Source: a virus
Taxonomy: Duplodnaviria > Caudoviricetes
Length of the DNA: 64,000 nucleotides
Reading direction: 5' to 3' (one strand)
Virus record (IMG/VR): IMGVR_UViG_3300046328_000530
Span: 98 to 64,097 of that record
Program-made: the position numbers and the translations under genes
Notes under the pieces: generated by a model
The model's database searches: none
Seen by the model: only the letters and a program-made list of their open reading frames with translations
What the model was told of the DNA's origin: nothing
In this document: piece after piece, positions 47,950 through 58,739 of the stretch
How positions within the stretch are numbered: the stretch's first letter is position 1
Layout of the letters: every line of letters begins with the position of its first letter

Positions 47950-49473
47950 TTAACTTGCTGATGAGCCTTCTGGACGGAATAGTGCAAACTGGTCTCCTAA
48001 TGCGAAGTGAGGTGCAAATTCTGAACGTACATAGAAGAAACAACCATCTAATTCAGATGTTTTGTATAAATCTGAACGTCCTGTTATTGCTCTGTTTCCA
48101 GCACCGGATTTCGTCCATACTTCATTCTCGCGGTTATACCCGTTTGAACCTCTATACTCATAACCGATGTAAGGAACGTTATCTTCACCTTCTACGGATG
48201 CCATGCCAAACGGCGCAGCAATCATCCAGTCCTTGTAGCCAATAGCTCCCTGTCCTTGTGCATTATTAAACTCTGGTGCGGATGTTTGCATGAAAGTAAA
48301 CTGACCCAATCCAAATCCGGTGATGCCCAAATTAATAAACGCTCCTTCTGCATTGTATTTACGATCTTCGCCAACGCCCCAATTCTTGGAAACACTCTGC
48401 GCAATAGCACGGTCAGAAACTCCAAGAACCCAGTTATAATTCAATTTATCAGCCATTGATGTTTCAATCAATTGGTTAACATTATATCCCTGCAATAGCA
48501 TAATATCACTTGTTCCCAAGTTAATATCATGGAAGTAATTAGCTAAGGCACGTAAGTCCTCAATACCAAAATCAGTTGGATCATACTGGAAGTCATATCC
48601 GTTTTGCTGGATAAACTCGATCAATCCCTGTGTTCCTGGAATACTTGCATTCTCCTCGAATACCTCTGAGTACTGAACCCAGTTATTAGGATCGGTCTGA
48701 CGACCAAACATCCATATATTCCCCTTTGAGTTCTCGTTACGCATTTCCATGTCACGAAGACCTTCCATCCATAATAAATTACTTCCAGGTACAGGATTCC
48801 ATGATATAGCAGTAGTCATGTTAGTTCCGGTCACAACGTCTGTATCGTCTGTAATCCAGAATGTATTCTGATATTTATACCTGCGTGGGCGTAATGGCTT
48901 TATCTGACCAGTTCCTTCACCTTTTACATTTGCGAAGATTGAACCGATTCCTCCTTCAATAATCTCATCTTCAGGGTCGAAGCCTGTTTTATCTGCCTTA
49001 ACGGTAATACGGTGCGGATTAACTGTAACATCTTTATCAATAATCCAGTAAGTGCGCCCTCCGGCTATAAACTGAACTGTTTCGGTTACGCGTGGTCGAG
49101 ACTGAACAAATGATTGTCCGTAACCGTTGGTTGTGTTAACCATATCGCTTTGTGCAAGCTCTATTACAAGCTCATTAGCTGCTGATCCTGAGCCTATAAT
49201 TTGTCCTACAGTAAACGTGTTTTTAACGCGTGGCTTCTCATAATGCCCGGTATAAGGACTGTCTGATGCACTTTTAGTAACACCCTTGCCAAAACCTAAT
49301 GAACCAAGTTTCTGCAAAGTCGTCATCTGACGCGCTCCTTGACGGAAATACTTGTTTAATAGGTTTGGATTTTCTTTTAATAGGTCTGAACCTAAGATAA
49401 ACGAATCTGCGCTTGCTGATTCAACATGGGTTGGTTGTGACCCTTGTTGCAATGGTTGGTTGTCAATTGCCAT
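47950..49473 (-). CDS. major capsid protein
   Basis: About 507 aa following portal and scaffold and followed by a terminator; GTQGLIEFI motif. Confidence 0.8.
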   Translation of the reverse strand: MAIDNQPLQQGSQPTHVESASADSFILGSDLLKENPNLLNKYFRQGARQMTTLQKLGSLGFGKGVTKSASDSPYTGHYEKPRVKNTFTVGQIIGSGSAANELVIELAQSDMVNTTNGYGQSFVQSRPRVTETVQFIAGGRTYWIIDKDVTVNPHRITVKADKTGFDPEDEIIEGGIGSIFANVKGEGTGQIKPLRPRRYKYQNTFWITDDTDVVTGTNMTTAISWNPVPGSNLLWMEGLRDMEMRNENSKGNIWMFGRQTDPNNWVQYSEVFEENASIPGTQGLIEFIQQNGYDFQYDPTDFGIEDLRALANYFHDINLGTSDIMLLQGYNVNQLIETSMADKLNYNWVLGVSDRAIAQSVSKNWGVGEDRKYNAEGAFINLGITGFGLGQFTFMQTSAPEFNNAQGQGAIGYKDWMIAAPFGMASVEGEDNVPYIGYEYRGSNGYNRENEVWTKSGAGNRAITGRSDLYKTSELDGCFFYVRSEFAPHFALGDQFALFRPEGSSAS

Positions 49474-49504
49474 TTTATTTATTTGTTTTAAGTGAGTTAA
49501 TTGT

Positions 49505-50671
49505 TTACTTACCGTTTGCAACTCGCTCTAAAAACGACTGGTATTGTTCTTGTTTATTAACATCTACCTGTGGTTCAATCTGTGGCGCAAGGCCAGATCT
49601 GTTTTCGTATTTATTGACAATTCTTTCTGTTACAACTGACTCTGCATGAGTAAATATACTCTTTGCAATTTTATCAAAGTTCTCAGCTAAGTAATTAGCT
49701 TTGGCATACATAGCAAAGCTATTTACGCCATCTTGCGTAATTGGCTCATTATTTAACATGAAATAATTCTCCGCCATTTCATGAACCTTAGCTTTATACT
49801 CTTCTGCAAAGGGCATGTCAAGCATCACAGCTTCATCCCCTTCTTTACCATTCAAATTTACATTGCCCAATCCTTGTATGGAGTTGGCAATCTTTGGAGC
49901 TTCCTGCTTAACTAAGTTTTTGTGTTGCTCTGTATCTGCTATTTGTTGTAACCTGTTTTTCTCCTGAATTTCTTTTTCGGGATTTTCAACAGTTGTTAAT
50001 TGTGTTTTATACTTATTTAATGCCTCAAAATCCGATTTTGAACTCACGCGAAGTTCATCTTCAAGGATTTCTCGTTCATCTGTTCCTTCATCAAAATCAT
50101 CCAAAGGATATTCTCTGTCTACCTTCTTTCTTGCTACTACCTCGCTATACCCATCCACAAGGACAAGTTTGGCTACCTTAGCATCAAGAGGATTCAGATC
50201 GCTTAACTCTCCGGCTTCATTTAATTTAACAAAGGCTTTTAATTGATCTGCACTTGCACCCGCTTGAGCGAGTTCATTTAATTCTTTTACAAATCCATTA
50301 GCGTATGTTATCTGATTTTTTTCGAGATCAGCCTTTTGTTGCGCCAATGATTCGTATTCCGAAATCTTTGGAAGTGCTTGTTTAAAGCTGTCTACATCTT
50401 TAAACATACCGCCCGTCTCTGCTTCAATCCATTTGTTGTAATCCGGCGCTGCTACTACTGGTGCAGCAGTCGTTTCCTCTGTTTTGATTGCAGGAGCTAA
50501 TTCCTCTTGTATTTCAGTTGTTGTTTCTATTACCACATCAGCCATCGCAGCCTGTGGTGTTTCTACTGATTGTTCGCTTACCTCTTGTGCAGCCATCGCA
50601 GCAGCCTCTTGTGGTTGTGAACCGAATTGCTTTGCAGCATACTCTAAAATTTCTTCTGTATCTGTTGCCAT
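49505..50671 (-). CDS. capsid scaffolding protein
   Basis: Acidic, helical, between portal and capsid. Confidence 0.7.
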   Translation of the reverse strand: MATDTEEILEYAAKQFGSQPQEAAAMAAQEVSEQSVETPQAAMADVVIETTTEIQEELAPAIKTEETTAAPVVAAPDYNKWIEAETGGMFKDVDSFKQALPKISEYESLAQQKADLEKNQITYANGFVKELNELAQAGASADQLKAFVKLNEAGELSDLNPLDAKVAKLVLVDGYSEVVARKKVDREYPLDDFDEGTDEREILEDELRVSSKSDFEALNKYKTQLTTVENPEKEIQEKNRLQQIADTEQHKNLVKQEAPKIANSIQGLGNVNLNGKEGDEAVMLDMPFAEEYKAKVHEMAENYFMLNNEPITQDGVNSFAMYAKANYLAENFDKIAKSIFTHAESVVTERIVNKYENRSGLAPQIEPQVDVNKQEQYQSFLERVANGK

Positions 50672-50747
50672 AAAATTTAATTCTGTTCAAATATAGATAT
50701 AAAAAATTTAATTCTGTTCAAATATAGATATAAAAAATTTAATTCTG
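50672..50747. repeat. 31-bp tandem repeat (about 2.5 copies) containing a promoter box
   Basis: AAAATTTAATTCTGTTCAAATATAGATATAA at 50672 and 50703, partial at 50734. Confidence 0.9.
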
Positions 50748-50773
50748 AATTATTGAATATAAATACAATATTA

Positions 50774-53284
50774 TTATTCTAATATCATTTGTTCTTGCTG
50801 ATCCATATTAGGTTGTTCAGGACTTTCCTGTTGCGCTTCCTGTTGCATTCCATCCTGTTGAGGTTGTGCTATTCCAGCAACAGTCTGGTTGTTCATTCCA
50901 ACAATTCCCTGTATAGATTGCGTGTCTGTACTTACTTCTCCTTCTTTTTTTGGAGCAAACAACAGTTCAAGCATTGCCTGATTTTGCTTTAGCAACTGGG
51001 AAACAAGTGTATTATTCATTTCTTGCTGTCCTTTTTGCTGCAATAACGCAGTATCAATTTGCCCTTTAGTTTGGGCTGAATCTTGCTGAACTTTAGCATT
51101 TGATGCAATATCGTCCTGCTTTGCTTTCCTGTTTGCAGCTATTTTCTTCTTCTCTATCTTAGCCATAATAAACATAGCCTCATCTATATTGCCACCCATT
51201 ATGCGATTATGAAGGTATAGCCACTCAGACGCTGTAAGCCCTTGCGATCCCTCTGTTTGAACACCTAATACCCTTTGATCCGCCAATTGCTGCATAATAG
51301 CTTGCTTCTCCTCCTGTGTTGCCGCTATCTTGAAATCTACATTATACTCTGCATTTGTAAAATCCCCACTTAATTCCAACACCTTCATATTATGGTTGCC
51401 AAGCGAGGAGTAAGCAACCTTAATTCCTTTTTTGTTTTTAGCTACAATCTGCCACTTCTTAACAATATCTGTAAATGCAGCACGGAATAAATAATGATAC
51501 GAATTAAACGTTGGCTGCAATGATGCATTAGCTGTTTGGAAAGCCAGCTGTGTTTGCCCAAGTCCTTGATACGGATTTTGCTGACCTCCATCTGCTCCAC
51601 CTTGCAATCCAAGAACTTCTCTTAACTCATTAACCTTTAGTGCCATCTCAGAACTGCACACAGACAACATTCCCGCCATCTTCGTTACATCCATGTAATC
51701 TATTGGCTTCTGTCCTCCTGCAAAATATAGCGGCTTACCGTTATCATCAAGCCCATTGTAATATAATATACCTCTTTCGATTAATCCTTGAACAATATCT
51801 TCTGGCTGTTGAAGTATTCCGTTTAGGAATACGTTTTCAAGCAAATCTTTTTGTATTGCCATTGCTGGAGCGGCTGGCAATGTAGCCCAAGCGTTCCTAT
51901 GCTTAAACATAATTAAATCAATGTCATCAACTATGGCAATAGCTCTCTCTACTAAGGAAGCGTTCCCTGTTTTAACAAAAAAATAATCTAATTTAGGTGT
52001 CTTGTTTCCGTCTGGGCCATAGTATACCACATCCTTACATATACCGCAATTGATTAGATACTCTGTTCCAATAATCCAATTTGCATAGTATTTTCTTATG
52101 GTGTTTTTCTGTACAACCTTATCGCCCTTCTTTTTGCTTTTATCATCTGGCTTATAATCAAAAGCAACCTCCTTAAACATCGTCCACCCTGTTGTATCAT
52201 TAACATTCTTTAGGTTTGTTTCTATATCTACACTAAGCCATTGCGCATCAAGCACAAGCACCTTTACCCGGCTAATCGGATCAAGGTCGTAATCTTGGTT
52301 GTACCCGTTTCGGTATGATGTATCATAGTAGTTTCCTTTCAGCAAAGTAGAGTATCCCAAATTCATCCACTCAAAACACTTAGCGATATACATTAATTCA
52401 GATGATTTCATTGATGGATTTTCTTTGCGTATATCCGCAATTGTCATCACCCTTATTTCTCCGGCTCTTGTTATATTCGCAAAATCATTTCTGTCAGAGA
52501 ATGGGATGATAGCCTTCTCCATATCTACCCTTCTTATTTTTGGAAGCTGTGTAGACTCTTCAATATATGTTTTCCACCCGGCCAACCCCTCCGGGTTGAT
52601 TATTAAGTCGTCAAATGTTGCATCTTGCAATACTTTGTAGTCAGAAACCTGCTTTGTCTTTAAACATGCAGCGTGAGCGGCTCGTTCCCATTCCAATGTA
52701 AATCCACCTGTTTCAAAATACATATCAACATCAGAATCGTTTTGCAATCCCAATTCTTCCGGATTTGGCTGAACATTAGGTTTAAACTTGGTTTTATTTA
52801 TAAACTCTTGCGTTCTTTCATCAAGAATAAACTTTAGCATTTCTTTTGTTTTTTCTCTGGCAGCTAAACTGTCATCATCAACACAATACAGCGAAACGTC
52901 ATATTCTTGAGGCATATTTTTAGACCTCATTACATCAAACATCTGCGGGAGTTTCATATATGTTTCCCATGAAACATTCATTTTTGTTACATGACCAACT
53001 CTGCCAGTTGTTTTGTCTTGCTTAGGTTTACCAAGTACAGAGTTTTTTAGTTTTGTACTTGGCTGCCTTCCGGTAGCGTACGCCTTTAGTTCAGCAAAAC
53101 TTCTTCTGTTTTCAAAATTAAATGGAATGGCACATGTATTTGAAGAATAATCTGCTGTCATAGCACGACAAACGGATAAGTAATACTCTTTCTCCCTTTT
53201 TAACTTCGGGTCTACCTTATCATTGGGATATGGGTAATTTAAACGCTTTCCTGAAAACTCTTCTATTTTTAGATATTTAGCCAT
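50774..53284 (-). CDS. portal protein
   Basis: 836 aa with a Q-rich C-terminal barrel, upstream of scaffold and capsid; podovirus-type size. Confidence 0.8.
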   Translation of the reverse strand: MAKYLKIEEFSGKRLNYPYPNDKVDPKLKREKEYYLSVCRAMTADYSSNTCAIPFNFENRRSFAELKAYATGRQPSTKLKNSVLGKPKQDKTTGRVGHVTKMNVSWETYMKLPQMFDVMRSKNMPQEYDVSLYCVDDDSLAAREKTKEMLKFILDERTQEFINKTKFKPNVQPNPEELGLQNDSDVDMYFETGGFTLEWERAAHAACLKTKQVSDYKVLQDATFDDLIINPEGLAGWKTYIEESTQLPKIRRVDMEKAIIPFSDRNDFANITRAGEIRVMTIADIRKENPSMKSSELMYIAKCFEWMNLGYSTLLKGNYYDTSYRNGYNQDYDLDPISRVKVLVLDAQWLSVDIETNLKNVNDTTGWTMFKEVAFDYKPDDKSKKKGDKVVQKNTIRKYYANWIIGTEYLINCGICKDVVYYGPDGNKTPKLDYFFVKTGNASLVERAIAIVDDIDLIMFKHRNAWATLPAAPAMAIQKDLLENVFLNGILQQPEDIVQGLIERGILYYNGLDDNGKPLYFAGGQKPIDYMDVTKMAGMLSVCSSEMALKVNELREVLGLQGGADGGQQNPYQGLGQTQLAFQTANASLQPTFNSYHYLFRAAFTDIVKKWQIVAKNKKGIKVAYSSLGNHNMKVLELSGDFTNAEYNVDFKIAATQEEKQAIMQQLADQRVLGVQTEGSQGLTASEWLYLHNRIMGGNIDEAMFIMAKIEKKKIAANRKAKQDDIASNAKVQQDSAQTKGQIDTALLQQKGQQEMNNTLVSQLLKQNQAMLELLFAPKKEGEVSTDTQSIQGIVGMNNQTVAGIAQPQQDGMQQEAQQESPEQPNMDQQEQMILE

Positions 53285-53402
53285 TGTGATGTTTGTTTTA
53301 GCAAATATACGTATTTATGTGAACTACCCACCCAAGCTAAAAAGCGATGAGTGGGCTTTCGCTCCGTTTTGTAATTTAAAATCAAATAGTTAATTTTGAC
53401 TC

Positions 53403-53981
53403 ATGATAAATATTCTGGTAAGAACGAGCTATCGTCCAAAATCATTTAAAATATTACTCGATTCTATACAAAACCAAACATTCAAAAACATTCGCATTAT
53501 TATAGGATATGATGATGACAGGGCTTTATCTTATATTCCAAAAGAAATCGAATCTATTAGACTTCATAAAGACTTATCAAAACCTTTTTTTTACGATAAT
53601 TACTGTAATGTATTAAAAAATTTGGTTAAAGAAGGTTGGTTTGTTTTTATTGATGATGATGATATTTTATTAGACAACACATCTTTAGAACGTTTAAATA
53701 AAGAGCTTAAAGGCAAAGATGGGATAATATGCCAATTCAGCAGAGGAGGTCGGTTAAAGCCATCTAATGAGCAAATAAAGAATCATGAAATACGAAGAAG
53801 CAAAATAGGGATGCCGTGCCTTATACTTCACCAATCGCATAAAAACATGGTTGACTTTGACGGAAGTGTAGGTGCTGCCGATTATACATGGATAAAAAAA
53901 GTGTCCAGGAAAATAAAGTTAAAGTTTGTACCCATAGTGCTTTCTTACTCCCATAAAAGAGGATACGGAACTACCGAATAG
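53403..53981 (+). CDS. GT2-family glycosyltransferase
   Basis: INILVRTSYRP, FVFIDDDD, ADY. Confidence 0.8.
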   Translation: MINILVRTSYRPKSFKILLDSIQNQTFKNIRIIIGYDDDRALSYIPKEIESIRLHKDLSKPFFYDNYCNVLKNLVKEGWFVFIDDDDILLDNTSLERLNKELKGKDGIICQFSRGGRLKPSNEQIKNHEIRRSKIGMPCLILHQSHKNMVDFDGSVGAADYTWIKKVSRKIKLKFVPIVLSYSHKRGYGTTE

Positions 53982-54594
53982 CAAATATGATATTCTCAGC
54001 ATTCCTGTGAATTTCTATTAGTCCAAAAGGTCGGCAATACTCTTTGAATTTATACCTTAAATCCTTTTCCCCATTCCATTCAATACACAAACAGGAACAT
54101 CCTATTGCTTTAAAGTCTATTTGAGGGAGTATATCCATCTCCATCCCTTCCACATCTATTGATATGTAGTCAAATATTTTATTGGAAGATTGTTCTAATA
54201 GGTCTTTGAAAGATATAACAAGAACTTTTGTCTTTTTAAACTCAACATTTTCCCATCTTTTCAACTCTTCCGGGTCTGCTGTTGATACCAATGCCTTGTC
54301 AGAGCCTCCATTCACATGTGATCCACTTTCATAAAATGTTAATTCTCCTTTCTCTTTTCCTATAGCCACATTAAATGTTTCTACCATGTCATTCCCTTTA
54401 TGTAGTATCTCCATATCTTTATATACAGAGCTTGGCTCAACTAATGTCGATTTCCATCCCATTTTTATAAGATCATAAGAATTTGATAGAGTTTTGCCAT
54501 CATTGCTTCCTATTTCTAATACAGTTCCTTTTTTCTTACCAAAATAGTTTAAAACTATTTTGGTTTCATTGTTTTGTGATTGATATTCTAACAT
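53971..54594 (-). CDS. FkbM-family methyltransferase
   Basis: SQNNE, LEIGSNDG..SN, ISIDVEGME. Confidence 0.88.
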   Translation of the reverse strand: MLEYQSQNNETKIVLNYFGKKKGTVLEIGSNDGKTLSNSYDLIKMGWKSTLVEPSSVYKDMEILHKGNDMVETFNVAIGKEKGELTFYESGSHVNGGSDKALVSTADPEELKRWENVEFKKTKVLVISFKDLLEQSSNKIFDYISIDVEGMEMDILPQIDFKAIGCSCLCIEWNGEKDLRYKFKEYCRPFGLIEIHRNAENIIFAIR

Positions 54595-54625
54595 ATTCCG
54601 TGTGCTATTATAAGTACATTTTTAT

Positions 54626-54727
54626 TTATTGGTGGTTCTCCAGCCACTCCATATATTTATTATATCTCCGAATAGCCATTTCAAACCTTGATGGTATGGA
54701 AGGAATTAGTATACTTAACTGAATCAT
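54626..54727 (-). pseudogene. N-terminal remnant of a further GT2 glycosyltransferase
   Basis: MIQLSILIPSIPSR... stops after 33 aa; paralogous to the neighbouring start MRLSILIATMPSR. Confidence 0.55.
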
Positions 54728-55260
54728 TTTTTATTCGTGCAATAATCGTAGTGGTAAATAATTTTAGTAATAATTACTTCTCTTTTCAAAAAAGGCAATA
54801 TTCTTTTAGAGTATTCAATATCTTCCCCAAATTTTATTTCTGGAAACATAGCCTTTATGGCAATTTCTCTCTTAACAGGGCTTATGTGATTAGGTGTTCG
54901 GTAGTATATTTTATCCTTTTTATACCAACTTCCGTAATTTTTAGATATAAACCATTTTCTTTTCTTTATGCCATTTGTAGTAATTATTCCACTAATACCA
55001 ATACAATCTGGATTAGTATTAGTAGCCTCCAAAATTAATTTTACATAATCTTTACTAACAGTATCATCATCATCTATAAAAACGATATAATCGCCAGAAG
55101 CTGTTTCAAGAAGTTTATTCCTTTTAACACCAATGTTATAATCCATACTATCATCAGAAATAATCTCAACTTCTGAATTGATTCTATATAGAGATTTAAT
55201 CAACTTATTATATTTAGCTTTTCGACTTGGCATTGTTGCTATTAGTATAGATAATCTCAT
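54724..55260 (-). CDS. GT2-family glycosyltransferase
   Basis: LSILIAT, IGVKRN, YIVFIDDDD, GED. Confidence 0.85.
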   Translation of the reverse strand: MRLSILIATMPSRKAKYNKLIKSLYRINSEVEIISDDSMDYNIGVKRNKLLETASGDYIVFIDDDDTVSKDYVKLILEATNTNPDCIGISGIITTNGIKKRKWFISKNYGSWYKKDKIYYRTPNHISPVKREIAIKAMFPEIKFGEDIEYSKRILPFLKREVIITKIIYHYDYCTNKK

Positions 55261-55937
55261 TCTAATTCTTTTGGGAATGGATTTATAATTTCTTCTGGTT
55301 TCAGTCCGAAATTGATTGCCTTTCTTTCATAAAACAATTTTTTACCTTGCTTCCATGTTTTATCATTTTTTACATTTACCAAGTCTTTTTTTGTTTTTTT
55401 AGTAGAATAATGATTGTGAGTAAATATAAGGTCGCTATACACGGTTCTGTTTGTCATGTGAGAAACGGCTGCCATTTCCGTATCGCAGAATAAATGTTCG
55501 TAACCTGGATGATATATATACCCGAACGAATCATAGCATTTTCTATCAAGAATTGGTAGGGTTATAATAAAGTCCTGCAAACCATCTTTTGTTTTACAGA
55601 AAAAATCATCGTTGCCATCAAGGTTATTAAGTATTTTTTCATCCCACCCTGTCTCACACGAAAAATCATCGCTTACCACAATTATTAAGTTAGCCGTAGA
55701 AACCTTTGCTGCTTTGTTTATAGCCTCTATGGCAGATTTATTCTTGTTTATTGATACGTATATCCCGTTTCGTATCCCGATGGATTTATATGCGTTTAAA
55801 TCCTTGTCATTTTTATCAACTGACAAAATGTATTCTATCTGATTTTTATTTATGGTATTCCCAAGCCATTCTTTTATCGCTTGTTCCGCTTGCTTTGGTC
55901 TGTTTCGGCTAGGATGTATAATACTTATCTTAAACAT
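55257..55937 (-). CDS. GT2-family glycosyltransferase
   Basis: ISIIHPSRNRP, AIN, VVSDD, FCDTE. Confidence 0.8.
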   Translation of the reverse strand: MFKISIIHPSRNRPKQAEQAIKEWLGNTINKNQIEYILSVDKNDKDLNAYKSIGIRNGIYVSINKNKSAIEAINKAAKVSTANLIIVVSDDFSCETGWDEKILNNLDGNDDFFCKTKDGLQDFIITLPILDRKCYDSFGYIYHPGYEHLFCDTEMAAVSHMTNRTVYSDLIFTHNHYSTKKTKKDLVNVKNDKTWKQGKKLFYERKAINFGLKPEEIINPFPKELE

Positions 55938-58128
55938 AATTTTCCTCCCAATGCCTAACCTCTATTTGCTTTCTACGTGTATATTTCATTTTTGGTTGCG
56001 CTGCCGCAAATTCTGAAAATCCGCAAGCAACCCCTAAATCCTTCTTGCCTCTATTCTTGTAATTCATAGTCAACAACTGCTCTAAAAGGTCAACATGATC
56101 TATTGTATTAGCCCATTTACAGGTTAAAGTAGTTAAAAACTCGAAGTAAGTATTTATATTACCAACCGTTGCACTAACGGCATGTTGCTCTGACTGACCT
56201 CTCGCATTCTTAAATGATGTAGGTTTATCCATCAGGTATAATTCATAACCTGTATTTTTAATATAGGTATGAAGTCCTCCAAATCTATCTTTTTCAGGTA
56301 AAAAATCTGTTCCGTAATAAACCATAGTAAGAACTACATCGTCAAAGAAATCAACAGGATCATCCGGTCTATTTATATAGGTGCATACCACCCTGTTTGT
56401 GATAAAATTAGCACCGTCATCCACAGGGTCTCCGTGCCTTATCCCCTTTGATTCATCTGTATACTGATAGTACTTGTCTGCGCCACCATCTAACGTTTCA
56501 TTCAATCTGGCTTTTACGCAAATAGCCCCCTTAGATGGATTTGTTTCCATTGTGCTTTGTTGGTCAATAGGATCAACACCAGCACAAAAATGTGCTGTAT
56601 TAGCTGGTTTTGGAGAAATTACACCAGTTATCATTGCATTTTCCTTTAAGCCAAAATCGTGTGGATGCTTAGATATTAGCCATCTCCCTTTTGGGTTTGG
56701 CTCCCAAATAGCTATTGTGTTTTTTACATTGTCTTGCCATTTTAAATTACCTCTAACAGTCATTCCTTTTGGTGCAATATTTTGAAGCCAAAATATTCTT
56801 TTTGTTAGTTTTTCTACGTCAAATTGAGATGTATCATTGGCACTCATAAACACATCTTCAATAGTAAGGCAGTTTTTTCTTCTATAACTAATCGAACCTT
56901 TTATATCGCCAGATTCAATTAACATCCTTATTTTTTCATTGATGGTTGATATTATCTTATCTCTTAAAGGGAAGCCCCACCTGTCAACCTCTCCTCTGTC
57001 AACAGCATTCCTAAAGCACCTGTACAATCCGCTTGCTGTTGATCCGTCTGGAGATCGCTTGGCAGGGTCTGATTGATTCCATAGCAATGTAGCCCAATTT
57101 AAACTCTCTGCTCCTATATCCTCTACGGTAGATGTCATTAATATCATACCCATTTTTACGCCATATATATTTGAATATGTGGCTTCAACCATTGTTTTAA
57201 GCCACTCAATAGGGTTCATATCTACCGCCTTGCCAAATTCATCGCAATAAGCCCTGCCAACACCAGTTGATCCATCAAACCTTGTAATTTTAGATGGCCC
57301 ATACTTAAACCTCGACCATATGGGTGGGTATTCATAATCTTCTTGAGAACTTCGGTTTATTATTTCTCCCTTCTTCACACTATCCTTTACTGCGGATTGG
57401 GTGATATACTTGGATGGATAGCTTAAAACCAGTCCTTTTTTTGGATTCTCTGTACCCTGATTCATGGGCTTAAAGTAATAAATCATGTTTATATGTCCAT
57501 GTACAAGTCGTTCATACGACCCTATAACATGCTCTTCATTTATGCATGACTGCATAGTATTAGTAGTTCCCCTAACCCTGCTACCATACTCCCACATTAT
57601 AAGCATAACATTTTCTGTATCACCTAGTTGTCTGCATTTAAAATCAATTATGCCGCGACAAACCGGGTCGTAAAGACAATGCATCCAAAAGTAAAAAAAC
57701 TCCAAATCAGAAAATTTATAAATAAACTCTCTACCTGTTATTGGAGTCCAGTAATTCATTTTCATGTACAGAATCCCTGGTATATATGTCTTTTTTCCCT
57801 TAATAAAGAACCATACTCCATTTAGCCTCCTTGACCATTCACAATCAATAAAATCATCTATTTCATCTTGAGTCCAATTATCTCTTTTATGATCGGTAGT
57901 TGGACTTTTTACTTGCTTCGGTATTTCTGTACGATAGAAAATCTGGTCATTAACATCAAGTCCAAAGCCAACGCAATCTTCGTCTTTGGGTTCTTCTGGC
58001 AAAATGAAATCATATTCATAAACTCTTTGCAATTTTGATTCAGGACTCCACTTTAATGAATATCGAGGCAATCCAGACATATCAATATGTTTACCGGATT
58101 TACTTATTCTTTTTTTCCAGTTTATCAT
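55930..58128 (-). CDS. terminase large subunit
   Basis: KCRQLGDT Walker A-like, YCDEFGK Walker B, AGVDP nuclease motif and C-terminal D. Confidence 0.85.
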   Translation of the reverse strand: MINWKKRISKSGKHIDMSGLPRYSLKWSPESKLQRVYEYDFILPEEPKDEDCVGFGLDVNDQIFYRTEIPKQVKSPTTDHKRDNWTQDEIDDFIDCEWSRRLNGVWFFIKGKKTYIPGILYMKMNYWTPITGREFIYKFSDLEFFYFWMHCLYDPVCRGIIDFKCRQLGDTENVMLIMWEYGSRVRGTTNTMQSCINEEHVIGSYERLVHGHINMIYYFKPMNQGTENPKKGLVLSYPSKYITQSAVKDSVKKGEIINRSSQEDYEYPPIWSRFKYGPSKITRFDGSTGVGRAYCDEFGKAVDMNPIEWLKTMVEATYSNIYGVKMGMILMTSTVEDIGAESLNWATLLWNQSDPAKRSPDGSTASGLYRCFRNAVDRGEVDRWGFPLRDKIISTINEKIRMLIESGDIKGSISYRRKNCLTIEDVFMSANDTSQFDVEKLTKRIFWLQNIAPKGMTVRGNLKWQDNVKNTIAIWEPNPKGRWLISKHPHDFGLKENAMITGVISPKPANTAHFCAGVDPIDQQSTMETNPSKGAICVKARLNETLDGGADKYYQYTDESKGIRHGDPVDDGANFITNRVVCTYINRPDDPVDFFDDVVLTMVYYGTDFLPEKDRFGGLHTYIKNTGYELYLMDKPTSFKNARGQSEQHAVSATVGNINTYFEFLTTLTCKWANTIDHVDLLEQLLTMNYKNRGKKDLGVACGFSEFAAAQPKMKYTRRKQIEVRHWEENYV

Positions 58129-58727
58129 ATATAGGTATTTTCTTTTGCATACTTTTCTGCATAGGTAAATATCCTTTTATTTTCATAAAGTGAAGCTTCC
58201 CTTGCAGATTTACTATCTGGAAACAGTTTAGACTCTATCAACTTTATATCAATTCCTATTTTCTTTATACTTTCCTGTATTTTCAGCCTTCGTGCCAAAT
58301 ATTTATCTGGCCCCTCGTCTTTCTCCTCCGGGCTTTGCGATTCAAATAATAAGAAATTATATGTCTGTTGAGCCATTGTCCAATCCGTCCAGTCTGTATC
58401 ATGAAGTATCTGGATATACCTTACCCAACACCCTGTAATTCCAGAATGCTTGTAATGAAGGACTTTTTTAAAAAATTCCTGATCTGATTTTATTTTTGTT
58501 GGTATATCAAGGTAATCAAATATAGAGTTCAGCATAGTCTCCCTGTTTCGTATGCGAATAAATGGAGAGTCTATATCCCCCATCAGTATGGCTATCTTAA
58601 TTTCATTATCATCCAAAACATTATTAAACTCTGGGAATGCAGAAAGCTCACTAAACTGTTCAGTTAGCTTTTTACCCGGTATTGCTTCGTGAAATTTTAT
58701 ATATAATTTACTTAGGTCATGGCTCAT
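58125..58727 (-). CDS. putative terminase small subunit
   Basis: Helical 200 aa protein overlapping the terminase large subunit start. Confidence 0.45.
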   Translation of the reverse strand: MSHDLSKLYIKFHEAIPGKKLTEQFSELSAFPEFNNVLDDNEIKIAILMGDIDSPFIRIRNRETMLNSIFDYLDIPTKIKSDQEFFKKVLHYKHSGITGCWVRYIQILHDTDWTDWTMAQQTYNFLLFESQSPEEKDEGPDKYLARRLKIQESIKKIGIDIKLIESKLFPDSKSAREASLYENKRIFTYAEKYAKENTYI

Positions 58728-58739
58728 AACAAACTTATA

